From: Eledone cirrhosa
Lineage: Eukaryota
NCBI GenBank assembly: GCA_964016885.1
Contig: OZ024751.1
Location: 16,554,001-16,618,000, forward strand
DNA length: 64,000 bases
Direction of reading: 5' to 3'
Position numbers and translations under genes: made by a program. Under the pieces are notes generated by a model. That model did no database searches, was not told where the DNA came from, and was given only the letters and a program-made list of their open reading frames with translations. Shown piece after piece: positions 1 to 13,145 of this stretch (the first letter of the stretch is position 1; each line of letters starts with the position of its first letter).

Positions 1-36
1 ATACATTTTTGGGGACACCCTATATATATATATATC

Positions 37-172
37 GATAGGGTATTGTAAAATACCAGGTGGACCATAACCCACCAGAGTACTCGATCCTTGTGGTAGT
101 AGAGTGGGTAATATGAAAAGAATCTAGCTCCTGAAACGGCCAGAGCTCAGCCGTCGGGGTTCTAATTCTTTA
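37..172. mobile_element. (TA)n-embedded short insert, family A (Penelope-like/retrozyme-type, inverted structure)
   Basis: Shares GGTGGACCATAAC..CCAGAGTACTC and GAAACGGC..GCCGTC/GGGG with copies at 3765, 33308, 46198, 56555, 56748 and 62607; flanked by TA repeats. Confidence 0.6.
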
Positions 173-175
173 TAT

Positions 176-300
176 AGATTAAAGTTTAAGCAAAGAATCG
201 CTGCTTTCACCCTTAATTTGGTCTACGGTTCTTATACATCTGATATATATTCATCCTTATCGAGCCCTCTTTGGATTTTAGTCTGCAAATTTATTATTAT

Positions 301-305
<5 letters not shown>
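176..305. mobile_element. (TA)n-embedded short insert, family C
   Basis: Reverse complement of segments at 51978-52065, 52745-52782 and 55576-55692; followed by (TA)n. Confidence 0.6.
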
Positions 306-344
<39 letters not shown>

Positions 345-346
<2 letters not shown>

Positions 347-622
347 TTTCTGAATTTGTTTAGCAAGATTCTTTATCTGATAACGTGTGTTGAAACCGAT
401 ATTGTTATACTTTGGGAGGGTCATATTGCCAATAAGAGGTCACAGAATGTGTGACGAAAGAACTTTGACAATATATAAACAATCATCTGGTTGTGGAACC
501 AACCAACCAACCGGAAATTTATAAATTCCTAAATTTATAAATTTATTATAATAAATTGAAGTGAACGCAACTGGTTCGTGTGTTTTTTATTGGCAACATG
601 ACCCTCCCAAAGTATAACAATA
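345..622. mobile_element. (TA)n-embedded insert, family E, with a ~36-bp inverted repeat (399-435 / 587-622)
   Basis: 435-622 matches the reverse complement of 50984-51140; carries the 3' half of a hammerhead fold (GTCAC..GTGAC GAAA GAACTT TGAC). Confidence 0.55.
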
Positions 623-1173
623 TATATATATATATAAATTTCTATATACAAATACTACAAGAGAATATTATTACTTCTTTATTTCCTTCAGTGGTGGGTT
701 GATATCGATTAATACTACAAGAAAATATTATTTCTTCTTTACTTCTTTCAGTGTAGGGTTGATATCGATTGAATCCACCATATATACGACCTGTAGATGG
801 GGGATTTTTTATGGGGGGTGGGGTGGAATAGTGTTTACTCTCTTGAAGTTGTATAGAAAATAAAATTCGAACCGGTACCATCGTTTGATCTGAGAATGCA
901 GGTAGAGGTACAGAAGTTTAAAAAAAAATGTTACGTAAGTTGTCTTTACACCGTTCTTTTACGCAACTGTTGCATAGTAGCTGCCAAATGTTTTGAATAT
1001 GGTAACTTTTCTTTTGTTTCAGAAAGATAGTTTGATGTTAACTAGTATGAATGCATTACAGCAAATTGACTTTAGAATAGGCTTTAGAAAATCGTACAGT
1101 ATGTTCACTAGGTACTCGGTGGTTCGCGTAGATCTCCTGTCAGGTTAAACGTTGACCTTTAGTCCTTCGAGTG

Positions 1174-1460
1174 AAGGCATGTGGCTTTGTGGATAGAGTA
1201 TTCGGCTCACAATCATAAGGTTGTGAGTTCGATTACCGGCGATGTGTTGTGCCCTTGAGCAAGAGAGCAAGACACTTTATTTCAGGTTGCTCCAGTTCAC
1301 TCAGCTGGCAAAAATGAGTTGTGTCACGCTGAATCTCCCTGAGAGTTGCGTTAAAGTTACGCGTGTCTGTGGAATCCTCAGCCACATGCACGTTAACTTC
1401 ACGAGCAGGTTGTTATGTTGATGGTATCAACTGGAACACTCGTCACCGTAACCGCCAGTT
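1174..1460 (+). mobile_element. tRNA-derived SINE, family 2 (V/CORE-like central motif)
   Basis: A-box-like GTGGCTTTGTGG, B-box GAGTTCGATTACC, then TTGTGCCCTTGAGCAAG..CACTTTA; second copy at 48020-48140 on the minus strand. Confidence 0.65.
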
Positions 1461-1889
1461 ACGTTACAGTCATTCGAGGTCGATAAATAAAGTACTCTTT
1501 CCATAGTGACGTTGATTTGTTCTCTATAGGTCTCTCGTTCTAACTCTTTAATTGAAATAAATTGCCCGTGTCTAACATTGATAAGAATGGGCTCCACCGG
1601 ATTCAAATACATACACCAGGCTGCATACCCCATCCATAGGCGCCCTTACTACTTCCTCGGGAGCACAGATTGCTTGGGGTACCAATTTATAATCTGACAG
1701 ATTCCCCTCGGGATGGAATCTTTGCCAGGTTCCTCAATCTTGTAGAAATAGCAGCCAAATTCCTCTCAAACAACACCCTATCGTCCTTACATGAGGATAC
1801 ATATCTAAATATGTAATATATAATTATACACACACAGACACACACATACACACATATATATATATATATCCAGGGTACATTATAAAATA

Positions 1890-2072
1890 TGGATTAGCAG
1901 TATCGGTAGAGGGTCGGACGCCATGCTTTCCAGCATAGTTATGTCGCCTTACGATCTGAGTTCAAATCCCGCCGAGGTTGACTTTGCCTTTCATCCTTAC
2001 GGGGTCGATAAAATAAAGTACCAGTAATGCACTGGGTAATTGCTGGCCTTGTGCCAAAAGTAGAAACAATTA
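1890..2072 (+). mobile_element. tRNA-derived SINE, family 1
   Basis: B-box GAGTTCAAATCC, central GCCTTTCATCCTTACGGGGTCGATAAAATAAAGTACCAG (resembles the Deu/Nin-type SINE domain, from memory), tail GGCCTTGTGCCAAAAGTAGAAAC; TSD of about TTATAAAAT. Confidence 0.85.
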
Positions 2073-2525
2073 TAAAATGACCACATGTCGGTGATGACCC
2101 GCCTACGGGTGAGAGAGTTAATCCATCATGAAAGGCACCAGTAATTCGTTGCTTAAGTAGTAGACTTTGCCCTTTCCTTGATCTTTGGGTACCTTTAACA
2201 GGGTTCACTCTGCTGCTATCATTTGGATCAGCTCTCTCGTTTAAGGATACCTTTATCCCTCCTTCAAACTTGTCTGTGCCTCTTAATTCCCTGACTAACT
2301 AGTAAAAACATAACATTATACCCGTCTACCCACAAAAAAATAAATAAGTATGTGTTCTTCACTACTAACACATTTGATCAGAGTTCTCACCAGTCTGGCT
2401 CACTTGAGTATTAACTGCAACAACAACTACAAGATCAACAATAACAACAACAGTTTGTTACCGCATTGGTAATTAATCTAATGAAAATAATCAAGGATTT
2501 GAAAAGGATTTAGAAACTATTCTTA

Positions 2526-2760
2526 GCAGTGGCGACTTCTCGTGTCTTTGGCCCTAGGATCAACCACCTCCCTACACAGCACCATCGGTAAGGTGTTGGG
2601 TACCCGCAGGTGTAAGCCTCACGAGCTGGATTGGCTCTTCCAACGCGCCTCCCTCAACATCCTCGGGGAAAATCCTTCTCTATTCTGTCCACTGGGGCCG
2701 CGGGGCCACGAGGCGGCCAGTGCGTGGGTACCCATTTGCTTATAAAAGTGAGAGATGGAG
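2526..2760 (+). pseudogene. 3' remnant of a CRE-clade (RLE) non-LTR retrotransposon
   Basis: Frameshifted translation AVATSRVFGP..TIGKVLG..ELDWLFQRASLNIL-RGKSFSILS resembles the CRE C-terminus AVETLG.WGP...FQRISIAIQRGN. Confidence 0.55.
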
Positions 2761-2861
2761 GCAGCGAGTATGACCATGGAATTATTTAGTGTCACTATTA
2801 TGCTGATGTTTGAAACATAACATAATTATTTTTAGATAAATATAAACAATTTACAATAATA

Positions 2862-2977
2862 ATTGTTTCTACTTTTGGCACAAGGGCAGCAATTACCCAG
2901 TACATTACTGGTACTTTATTTTATCGACCCCGTAAGGATGAAAGGCAAAGTCAACCTCGGCGGGATTTGAACTCAGA
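2862..2977 (-). mobile_element. SINE family 1, 5'-truncated
   Basis: Reverse complement of the SINE 3' half; direct repeat AACAATTTACAATAATAAT on both sides (TSD). Confidence 0.85.
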
Positions 2978-3297
2978 ACAATTTACAATAATAATAATTA
3001 AATGGTTTGTATTACGGAACCAAGGGTAGCTTCAGGCGGTTGGGTATGATGAGCTTAGTACAGGAGAGCATTGAAAAGCTACCCAGTTACATATATATAT
3101 ATATATATATATATAGATAGATAAATATACACGGGTGTGTATGATTTGAAAATTGCAAACTTGACTGTCACCACATATTATGAACCTGAAGATTGCGAAA
3201 GCATGAAAGTACTTGTTCAATTAACACTTAGAATTTAATATTCTATCATACTATTTCATTATAATACCATGATAAATTTTAAAGGATTGTAAATAAA

Positions 3298-3405
3298 TGT
3301 TTCTACTATTGGCACAAGGCCAGAAAATTACCCAGTACATTACTGGTACTTTATTTTATCGACCCCGTAAGGATGAAAGGCAAAGTTAACCTCGGCGGGA
3401 TTTGA
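3298..3405 (-). mobile_element. SINE family 1, 5'-truncated
   Basis: Reverse complement of the SINE 3' half. Confidence 0.8.
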
Positions 3406-3459
3406 AAAACGAGTAAATCAGACAAAGTTGGAATTCCTCTTAATATATATATATATATA

Positions 3460-3705
3460 TATACAATATTAAATAAATGGAAAACTATATTTATAAAACC
3501 ATATCTATTTCATTATATATATTTCGGGGATATCATATTAACAATATTGATATCCCCGAAATATATATAATGAAATAGATATGGTTTTATAAATATAGTT
3601 TTCCATTTATTTAATATTGTATATATACTCCAAGTATTTGTCGAGTGCTTTTATATCAGTTATAAATATTTACTAGTTGTAACCCAACAATTTTAAATAT
3701 AACTT

Positions 3706-3712
<7 letters not shown>
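3460..3712. mobile_element. (TA)n-embedded palindromic insert, family B
   Basis: ~75-bp inverted arms (3460-3537 / 3549-3626) plus a unique tail; homologous to 54672-55044. Confidence 0.65.
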
Positions 3713-3764
<52 letters not shown>

Positions 3765-3770
<6 letters not shown>

Positions 3771-3895
3771 AAGAAAGTGTGGTAAGATACCGGGTGGTCC
3801 ATTACGCACCAGAGTACTCGATATTTAGAGTGGTAGAGTGGATAATAGGAAAAGAGTCAGTACCTCGGCAGCTGAGCTCGGGCTGTTTCGATAGC
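3765..3895. mobile_element. (TA)n-embedded insert, family A
   Basis: GTGTGGTAAGATACC..GCACCAGAGTACTCGAT..GTTTCG between TA runs. Confidence 0.6.
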
Positions 3896-4001
3896 TATAT
3901 ATATATATGTGTGTGTCCAGCTACTTGTGACAGTGAGTTCGAATCAGGCTGGACTGATAGGATAACTTTGAAGCACCCCCACCCCCCCATGTCCTCCGTT
4001 A

Positions 4002-4062
<61 letters not shown>

Positions 4063-4448
4063 CATATTGTCAATTATGTAACAGATAAGTCATGCCATTT
4101 GAAGGTATTACATGAAATACAAAATATGAATTAAAATATTTCAATTAAAATATTTCAAAATATGAATTAAAATATTTCAACCCTTACTACGTGTTTTCTT
4201 GCCGATGTTTGAAATATTTTGTTTACATTTTTTAATTAATGAATTAAAGTTTTCTTTGAACTAAAAATAAGTTTTAAAATTTCATATAAAAATGCAAAAC
4301 AATCGATAAACTATAAAGAAACAATAAAAAAAATATATTGGATAACATAGCTTGACTTACCTGAAAAATGTGAAATGCTCGTAGATAATGTTTCCTATAA
4401 AATGTTTGTTGTTAAAGGTCTCGATATATTTATATAAGCGTATATACG

Positions 4449-4515
<67 letters not shown>

Positions 4516-4538
4516 ATATGTATATATGTATATATATG

Positions 4539-4569
<31 letters not shown>

Positions 4570-4983
4570 CAACGTATAAATGTGCTTATATATATGTATG
4601 GGTATGTATATATTGTGGTTTTGTTGGTAATGTTAATGCTACTGCTGCTGATGATGAAGATGATGGTGATGCATGATGGCGGGGAGGGTGAGGATGGTGG
4701 TGGTGGTGGTGGTGCTGATGGTGGTGGTGTTGGTGATGTCGGTGATACTGGAGAGGAGAGTGATTAAAAAGGAAAGGTGTGCTGATGAGGGAGGCAAAAG
4801 CTCTGTTATTGCAGCGACGATTAACTGACGAAGTGGCACATGGCTTCTGTGTGTAAGTGTGTACATGTGTGTTTATATGTCTATGTGCTCACTCTGTGTG
4901 TGTATGTGTGTGTGTACGTGAGGTGTATGTTTCTGTGTGAGTGTGTCCGTTTAAAGCGTCTCTGTGAGGTATATGCGTGTGTA

Positions 4984-5017
<34 letters not shown>

Positions 5018-5127
5018 GTCTATGTGATTATGTGTGTGTTTGTGTGTGTGAACGTATCCGTATAAATTGTCTTTGTGCCGTCTATGCGCATGTATACGTG
5101 TGTGTGTGTGTTTGGGTGGTCTATATG

Positions 5128-7160
5128 AGTGTGTGTTTATGCTATGTAAAAGTGTGTGTGTGTTAATGCTATGTATAAGCGTGTAACTGTGTGTTTGTGC
5201 TATGTATAAGTGTGTGTGAGTGTGTTTGTGCTATGTATAAGTGTGTGTGTGTGTGTTTGTGCTATGTATAAGTGTGTGTGTGTGTTTATGCTATGTATAA
5301 GTGTGTGTGTGTGTGTGTGTTTGTGCTATGTACAAGTGTGTGTGAGTGTGTTTGTGCTATGTATAAGTGTGTGTGTGTGTTTATGCTATGTATAAGTGTG
5401 TGTGTGTGTGTTTGTGCTATGTATAAGTGTCTGTGAGTGTGTTTGTGCTATGTATATGTGTGTGAGTGTTTATGCTATGTATAAGTGTGTATGTTTGAGT
5501 GTGTTTGTGCTATGTATAAGTGTGTGAGAGTGTGTGTTTGTGCTATGTATAAGTGTGTGTGAGTGTGTTTGTGCTATGTATATGTGTGTATGTGTGTGTG
5601 TTTATGCTATGTATAAGTGTGTATGTGTGAGTGTGTTTGTGCTATGTATATGTGTGTGTTTGTGCTATGTATATGTGTGTGTGAGTGTGTTTGTGCTATG
5701 TATGTGTGTGTGAGTGTGTGTTTGTACTATGTATAAGTGTGTGTGTGTGTGTTTGTGCTATGTATAAGTGTGTGTGTGTGTGTTTGTGATATGTATAAGT
5801 GTGTGAGTGTGTGTGCTATGTATATGTGTGTGTGTGTGAGTGTGTTTATGCTATGTATAAGTGTGTGTGTGTGTGTTTGTGCTATGTATAAGTGTGTGTG
5901 TGTATGTTTGTGCTATGTATAAGTGTGTGTGTGTGTTTATGCTATGTATAAGTGTGTGTGTGTGTGTGTGTGTGTGTTTGTGCTATGTATAAGTGTGTGT
6001 GAGTGTGTTTGTGCTATGTATAAGTGTGTGTGAGTGTGTTTGTGCTATGTATATGTGTGTGAGTGTTTATGCTATGTATAAGTGTGTATGTTTGAGTGTG
6101 TTTGTGCTACGTATAAGTGTGTGAGAGTGTGTGTTTGTGCTATGTATAAGTGTGTGTGAGTGTGTTTGTGCTATGTATATGTGTGTATGTGTGTGTGTTT
6201 ATGCTATGTATAAGTGTGTATGTGTGAGTGTGTTTGTGCTATGTATATGTGTGTGAGTGTGTGTTTGTGCTATGTATATGTGTGTGTGAGTGTGTTTGTG
6301 CTATGTATGTGTGTGTGAGTGTGTGTTTGTACTATGTATAAGTGTGTGTGTGTTTGTGCTATGTATAAGTGTGTGTGTGTGTGTTTGTGATATGTATAAG
6401 TGTGTGTGAGTGTGTGTGCTATGTATATGTGTGTGTGTGAGTGTGTTTATGCTATGTATAAGTGTGTGTGTGTGTTTGTGCTATGTATGAGTGTGAGTGA
6501 GTGTGTTTGTGTTATGTATAAGTGTGTGTGTGTTTATGCTATGTATATGTGTGTGTGAGTGTGTTTGTACTATGTATAAGTGTGTGTGAGTGTGTTTGTG
6601 CTATGTATAAGTGAGTGTGAGTGTGTTTGTGCTATGTATATGTGTGAGTGAGTGTGTTTATGCTATGTATATGTGTGTGTGTGAGTGAGTGTGTGCTTAT
6701 ACTATGTATAAGTGTCTGAGTGTGTTTGTGCTATGTATAAGTGTCTGAGTGTGTTTGTGCTATGTATAAGTGTGAGTGAGTGTGTGTTTGTGCTATGTAT
6801 AAGTGTGTGTGAGTGTTTGTGCTATGTATATGTGTGTGTGGGTGTTTGTGCTATGTATAAGTGTTTGTGTGTGAGTGTGTTTATGCTATGTATAAGTGTG
6901 AGTCAGTGTGAGTGTGTGTTTGTGCTATGTATAAGTGTGCGTGTGTGTGTTTATGCTATGTATAAGTGTGTGTGAGTGTTTGTGCTATGTATATGTTGTG
7001 TGTGTGTGTGTTTGTGCTATGTATATGTGTGTGTGAGTAAGTTTATGCTATGTATAAGTGTGTGTGTGAGTGTGTTTGTGGTATGTATAAGTGTGTGTGT
7101 GTGTGGGTTTATGCTATGTATAAGTGTGTGTGTCTGAGTGTGTTTGTGCTATGCATAAGT
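5128..7160. repeat. Compound minisatellite TTTGTGCTATGTATAA(GT)n, unit ~25-35 bp
   Basis: Dozens of tandem units directly visible. Confidence 0.95.
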
Positions 7161-7596
7161 GTGTGTATGTGTGTGTGTCTGTGTGAGCGTATCCGTGTAT
7201 AATGTCAGTGTGTAGGCTATCTGACTGTGTGTGTGTGTGTGTGTGTCTGTGTGAGTGTATCCGTGTATAATGTCAGTGTGTAAGCTATGTGTCTATTATG
7301 TGAAATGTTCCTGTCTACAGTTGTGTAATGAGAAGTGTGTGTGTGTGAGTGTATCCGTGTATAATGTCAGTGTGTAAGCTATCTGACTGTGTGTTTATGC
7401 TATGTGTCTATTAAGTAATTCGTGAAATGTTCCTGTCTACAGTTGTGTAATGAGAAGTGTGTGTGCGTTTGGTCCTCTGAGAGGTGGCAACTATGTGTGT
7501 GTATATTAGTGTGAAAGTGTGTGTGTGTATGAATGTGTTTGATTTAGTATTTGTCTGTATGTATGCATGTGTATATGTGTGTGTGTTTGTTTTTAT

Positions 7597-7657
<61 letters not shown>

Positions 7658-7727
7658 CCTCTCTCTTTCTCTGTCCGTCTCGCTCTCTCTCTCTATAGAT
7701 ATATTTATGTATGTGTGTGTGTGTATA

Positions 7728-7833
<106 letters not shown>

Positions 7834-7959
7834 TGTTAATGTTTATGTGAGTGTATATACATGGAGTTGATTCCGTTTTGTTCAGCTGACGACCTCGTGG
7901 CATTCTAAAGTGTGTCTCAGTTCACTGTGTATGTATATGTATAACTCTGTTTATATGTG

Positions 7960-8146
7960 TGATATGTTTATGCATGTGTCACAATGTTGATATGTGTTTG
8001 TGCATATCCCACTATGTCGATGTGTGTATGTGTGTATGTGTGTGCGTGCATGTAGGAATATGTTGATGTGTGTGCGTGCATGTAGCAATATGTTGATGTG
8101 TGTATATGTGTGTGTGTGTGTGTGTTTGAATCTAGTACTATGTTCA

Positions 8147-8178
<32 letters not shown>

Positions 8179-8271
8179 CGTGCATGTAGGAGTATGTTGA
8201 TGTGGGTATGTGTGTGCGTGCATGTAGCAATATGTTGACGTGTGTGTGTGTTTGCATCTAGTACTATGTTC

Positions 8272-8304
<33 letters not shown>

Positions 8305-10480
8305 CGTGCATTTAGCAATATGTTGACGTGTGTGTGTGCTTGCATCTAATACTATGTTGATGTGTGTGTGTATGTGTATGTATGTGTGTGCGTGCATGTA
8401 GCAATATGTTGATGTGTATATGTGTGTGTGTGTTTGCATCTAGTACAATGTCCATGTGTGTATGTGTGTGCGTGCATATAGCAATATGTTGTTGTGTGTG
8501 TATGTGTATGCGTGCATGTAGCGATATATTGATGTGTATTTGTGCATATCCCACTATGTTGATGTGTGTATGTGTGTATGTGTGCGTGTGTGAATGTATC
8601 AGTTGTATCAATATGTTGATGTGTGTGTATGTCCGTGTGTGCATGTATCAATATGTTGATGTGTATGTTTATGTGTGTATGTAGGACTATGTTGATGTGT
8701 GTATATGTGTTTGTGTGTGAGCATGTAGCACTATGTTAATGTGTGTTTATGTGTGTTTGTGTGCATGTAGCACAATGTTGATGTGCGTATGTGCGTGTGT
8801 GCATGTATCACTATGTTGATGTGTGTGAATGCATGTATCACTATGTTGATGAGTGTGTGTGTGTGCATATATCACTATGTTGATGTACGTGTGCTATGTA
8901 TCACTATGTTGATATGTGTGTGTTAATGTGTATGTATTACTATGTTGATATGTGTGTGTGTGAATGTGTATGTATTACTATGTTGATATGTGTGTGTGTT
9001 AATGTGAATGTATTACTATGTTGATATGTGTGTGTGTTAATGTGTATGTATTACTTTGTTGATATGTGTGTGTGTTAATGTGTATGTATTACTATGTTGA
9101 TATGTGTGTGTGTTAATGTGTATGTATTACTATGTTGATATGTGTGTGTGTTAATGTGTATGTATTACTATGTTGATATGTGTGTGTGTTAATGTGTATG
9201 TATTACTATGTTGATATGTGTATGTGTTAATGTGTATGTATCACTATGTTGATATGTGTGTGTGTTAATGTGTATGTATCACTATGTTGATATGTGTGTG
9301 TGTTAATGTGTATGTATTACTATGTTGATATGTGTGTGTGTTAATGTGTATGTATTACTATGTTGATATGTGTGTGTGTTAATGTGTATGTATTACTTTG
9401 TTGATATGTGTGTGTATGAATGTGTATGTATTACTTTGTTGATATGTGTGTGTGTGTTAATGTGTATGTATTACTATGTTGATATGCGTGTGTGTTAATG
9501 TGTATGTATTACTATGTTGATATGTGTGTGTGTGAATGTGTATGTATTACTCTGTTGATATGTGTGTGTGTTAATGTGTATGTATTACTATGTTGATATG
9601 TGTGTGTGTTAATGTGTATGTATTACTATGTTGATATGTGTGTGTGTGAATGTGTATGTATTACTATGTTGATATGTGTGTGTGTTAATGTGTATGTATT
9701 ACTTTGTTGATATGTGTGTGTGTGTTAATGTGTATGTATTACTCTGTTGATATGTGTGTGTATGAATGTGTGTGTATTACTATGTTGATATGTGTGTGTG
9801 TTAATGTGTATGTATTACTTTGTTGATATGTGTGTGTATGAATGTGTATGTATTACTATGTTGATATGTGTGTGTGTTAATGTGTATGTATTACTATGTT
9901 GATATGTGTGTGTGTTAATGTGTATGTATTACTATGTTGATATGTGTGTGTGTTAATGTGTATGTATTACTATGTTGATATGTGTGTGTGTTAATGTGTA
10001 TGTATTACTATGTTGATATGTGTGTGTATGAATGTGTATGTATTACTATGTTGATATGTGTGTGTGTTAATGTGTATGTATTACTTTGTTGATATGTATT
10101 ACTATGTTGATATGTGTGTGTGTTAATGTGTATGTATTACTATGTTGATATGTGTGTGTGTTAATGTGTATGTATTACTTTGTTGATATGTGTGTGTGTG
10201 AATGTGTATGTATTACTATGTTGATATGTGTGTGTGTTAATGTGTATGTATTACTATGTTGATATGTGTGTGTGTGAATGTGTATGTATTACTATGTTGA
10301 TATGTGTGTGTGTTAATGTGTATGTATCACTATGTTGATATGTGTGTGTATGAATGTGTATGTATTACTTTGTTGATATGTGTTAATGTGTATGTATCAC
10401 TATGTTGATATGTGTGTGTGTTAATGTGTATGTATTACTTTGTTGATATGTGTGTGTGTTAATGTGTATGTATTACTATG
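7960..10480. repeat. Minisatellite; ~38-bp unit TATTACTATGTTGATATGTGTGTGTGTTAATGTGTATG, homogeneous from ~8900 and degenerate upstream
   Basis: Directly visible tandem array. Confidence 0.95.
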
Positions 10481-10561
10481 TGCTTGCGTAACTATATGCA
10501 TATAGTATATATCGATGTGTGTGTGTGTGTGTGTGCAATTATGCGCATGTATTATACATCG

Positions 10562-10595
<34 letters not shown>

Positions 10596-10831
10596 CTATG
10601 TTCATGTATGCCTGATACTATGTTTATATAGCTTGCCATGTGGTTTATCTCGCCAACATGTTTGTGAATGTGGCGTTATGTTTACATATGCTTCACTGTA
10701 TGTATGTGTGTATGTATGTTTGTATTTATGTATGTATGTTTGTATGTATGTATGTTTGTATGTATGTATGTATGTATGTATGTATGTATGTATGTATGTA
10801 TGTATGTATGTATGCATGTATGTATGTATGT

Positions 10832-12048
10832 TTGTTATCTCTTTCTCTTAATTTCGAGTATATTTTTTGACCGGCCACCTTCCTGTTGGCAAGGTTGTAA
10901 AAGAAAAGAAATTGTCATCCCTTGAATCGCAAGAATGTTTTGCAAATTTTGAAGGTGCCAGCTATCGCAGCCATTTGTAGACTATGAATTAGGGAGCTGC
11001 GCTCTCTGTCCGCAAATCCATGTTCAGTTATATATTGGTCCAAGCGGGTTGGTATATAACCCATAGCTCCAATAATGAAAGGTATGAAGCTAAAGGTGTA
11101 TCTTGGATACTGGATTTGTAAACTCCTCATCAATGGTCCGTAGATGTCCTCCTTTTCCTGTTTTTTTCTGACAACGTTTACATCAAGTGGGCAGCTGATC
11201 TCCACAACAGAACACGTTTTCAATGTGTGGTCCCAAACAACAATATCAGGCCGGTTGTGTTTTAATTTGGTGGCAGTTTTTATTTTCAGGTTCCACCAGT
11301 ATTCTTTAGTGCCATCTGTCTCAATATATTCTTCCTCGTTTGTTGTTAATTTTGTTTTCCGAGGTGCGTTCCAGATGGTTCTAGCTATCACATCGTGTCT
11401 CATGGGGAGGTAGTAACGAGATGACATTCTTTCCCAGTTGGCAACAATGTGGCTTACATTTTCGATCCTTATTTTACATAGTCTACATTTATTGTCAGTT
11501 GATGGCCCTCCTCTTTTGTGCAGCAGATATTTGGTAGGGAGTTCTTGTTCTTGTATTGCATAGATATATCCCTCAAGGTGTGATGGATAAAATTGTCGGA
11601 ACTCCATGCCAGGCTTTTTGAGTGGTTTATCCCCTCTATGGTCTGTGTTTTACGTCTCAAGTATCCATGCATAACTTTTTCTGTAAATTGTTCAATTTTT
11701 TCATCTTGTTTGAACATTGAATAGGGTCTTCCGATTTCTCTCGGGGAGAGATTTATATCAGGCTTTATTCCATATCTCTCCTCCAGATCAGTGGCTATCC
11801 TTATGATATTTTTTTTTCATGCTCATAAACCTGGGTAAGATGGTTGCCAACCTTTTACCTCTGTTGAAGATGTTGCTTCAGTGTTACTATCCGGGTCTCA
11901 TATGATGCTAATATGGATTTTAGACCCCGGCCACCTTCCTTGCGTGAGAAGTATAGCCTATCCACATCACCATTGATGTTAAAGTTCCCAGTAACACTGA
12001 GAAGTTTGCGAGTTCTAACATCCAACTCACTTAGTTCTTGCAATGACC
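10832..12048 (-). mobile_element. 5'-truncated, frameshifted R4/Dong-like RLE non-LTR retrotransposon (second family)
   Basis: ORF pieces LDVRTRKLL..DVDRLYFSRKEGGRGL, MHGY, CRLC..ENVSHIV, RHD, HNRPDIVVWD..VVEISCP, IIGAMG; (TATG)n on both flanks. Confidence 0.85.
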
Positions 12049-12324
12049 ATACGTATGTATGTGTATATGTATGTATATATGTATGTATGTGTATGTGCAT
12101 GTATATATGCATGTATGCATGTATGTATGTGTGTGTGCGTGTGTGTATGTGTGTATGTATCTTATGTGCTATTTGCTTAGTGTACTTATCCGTTTGAATT
12201 AATGTGTATTTGTCTGTATGAGTGTGTATGTGCATGTTGTTAAACATACTAACGTATGTTGATAATTGCAAGCCTGTGTCGATATGTTTACATGTATTGG
12301 CATGTCTGTGTGTGTGTGTGTATG

Positions 12325-12410
<86 letters not shown>

Positions 12411-12469
12411 TGTGTGTGTGTGTGTGTGTGTTGCGCGTGTGTGTGTATAACTCTAATCGTTCCTAATTA

Positions 12470-12810
12470 AGGCCAGAAATTCGAAGGAAGACTAAATGAA
12501 AAAGGGGAATATCAAATATATCGACCCAGTACTCGACTGATATTTAATTCTATTGATCTAGGGAAAGACAAAAGGCAAAGCTGACCTCGGGCGAGATTTG
12601 AACATAAAATATAAAGATTCAGAACAAATATCACAGAGTACTTGCTCTCAGACGTTAACGATTCTTCCACTCAAGTGGTTTTAATAAGAAAAATAATGGT
12701 TTCTAATCTAGGCTGAAATCCAAGAGTTTCAGGGTAAGAGAAATTCGATTATATCGACCCGGAAGTATAAGAGGCAAAATTGATCTCAACAGGGCTCGGA
12801 TAAATACCAC
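12470..12810 (-). mobile_element. Degenerate SINE family 1-related fragments
   Basis: AAAGGCAAAGCTGACCTCGG..GATTTGAAC and AGGCAAAATTGATCTC motifs. Confidence 0.5.
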
Positions 12811-12836
12811 AAACCGATGCTCTAATGAACTGCTTA

Positions 12837-12903
<67 letters not shown>

Positions 12904-13145
12904 TTTTCTTTATTAACCACAAGGGTTCACATAAAGTAGACATTAAGGACAGTACAGGACAATACAGGACGGTACAAATGGGCATTTCTGCGTGTAAAAA
13001 AACAGAGGTTGAAATAAAATAACAAAGAAAAATTCCCCAATAGGGGGGAGACTTCCAAGGGACATTTGTGGAGAAAGCCCATTAAAAGACCACAGTGGCC
13101 CTGACCACCAGGGCAAGTGCCCTCTCCCAGTTTTCCACCTTTAAT

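Noticed and set aside
1-22. Possible Tc1/mariner TIR end (TTTTTGGGGACACCCTATA)
   Set aside because: Cut by the window edge and the partner TIR is not visible
650-770. 60-bp tandem duplication
   Set aside because: Only two diverged units and no further structure
1890-2072. tRNA genes suggested by A/B boxes
   Set aside because: No cloverleaf; these are SINE heads with a central domain, tail and TSDs
4782-4820. CTGATGA cores here and at ~54392, ~55849 and ~48501 (-) as hammerheads
   Set aside because: No properly placed GAAA with stem I/III pairing was found
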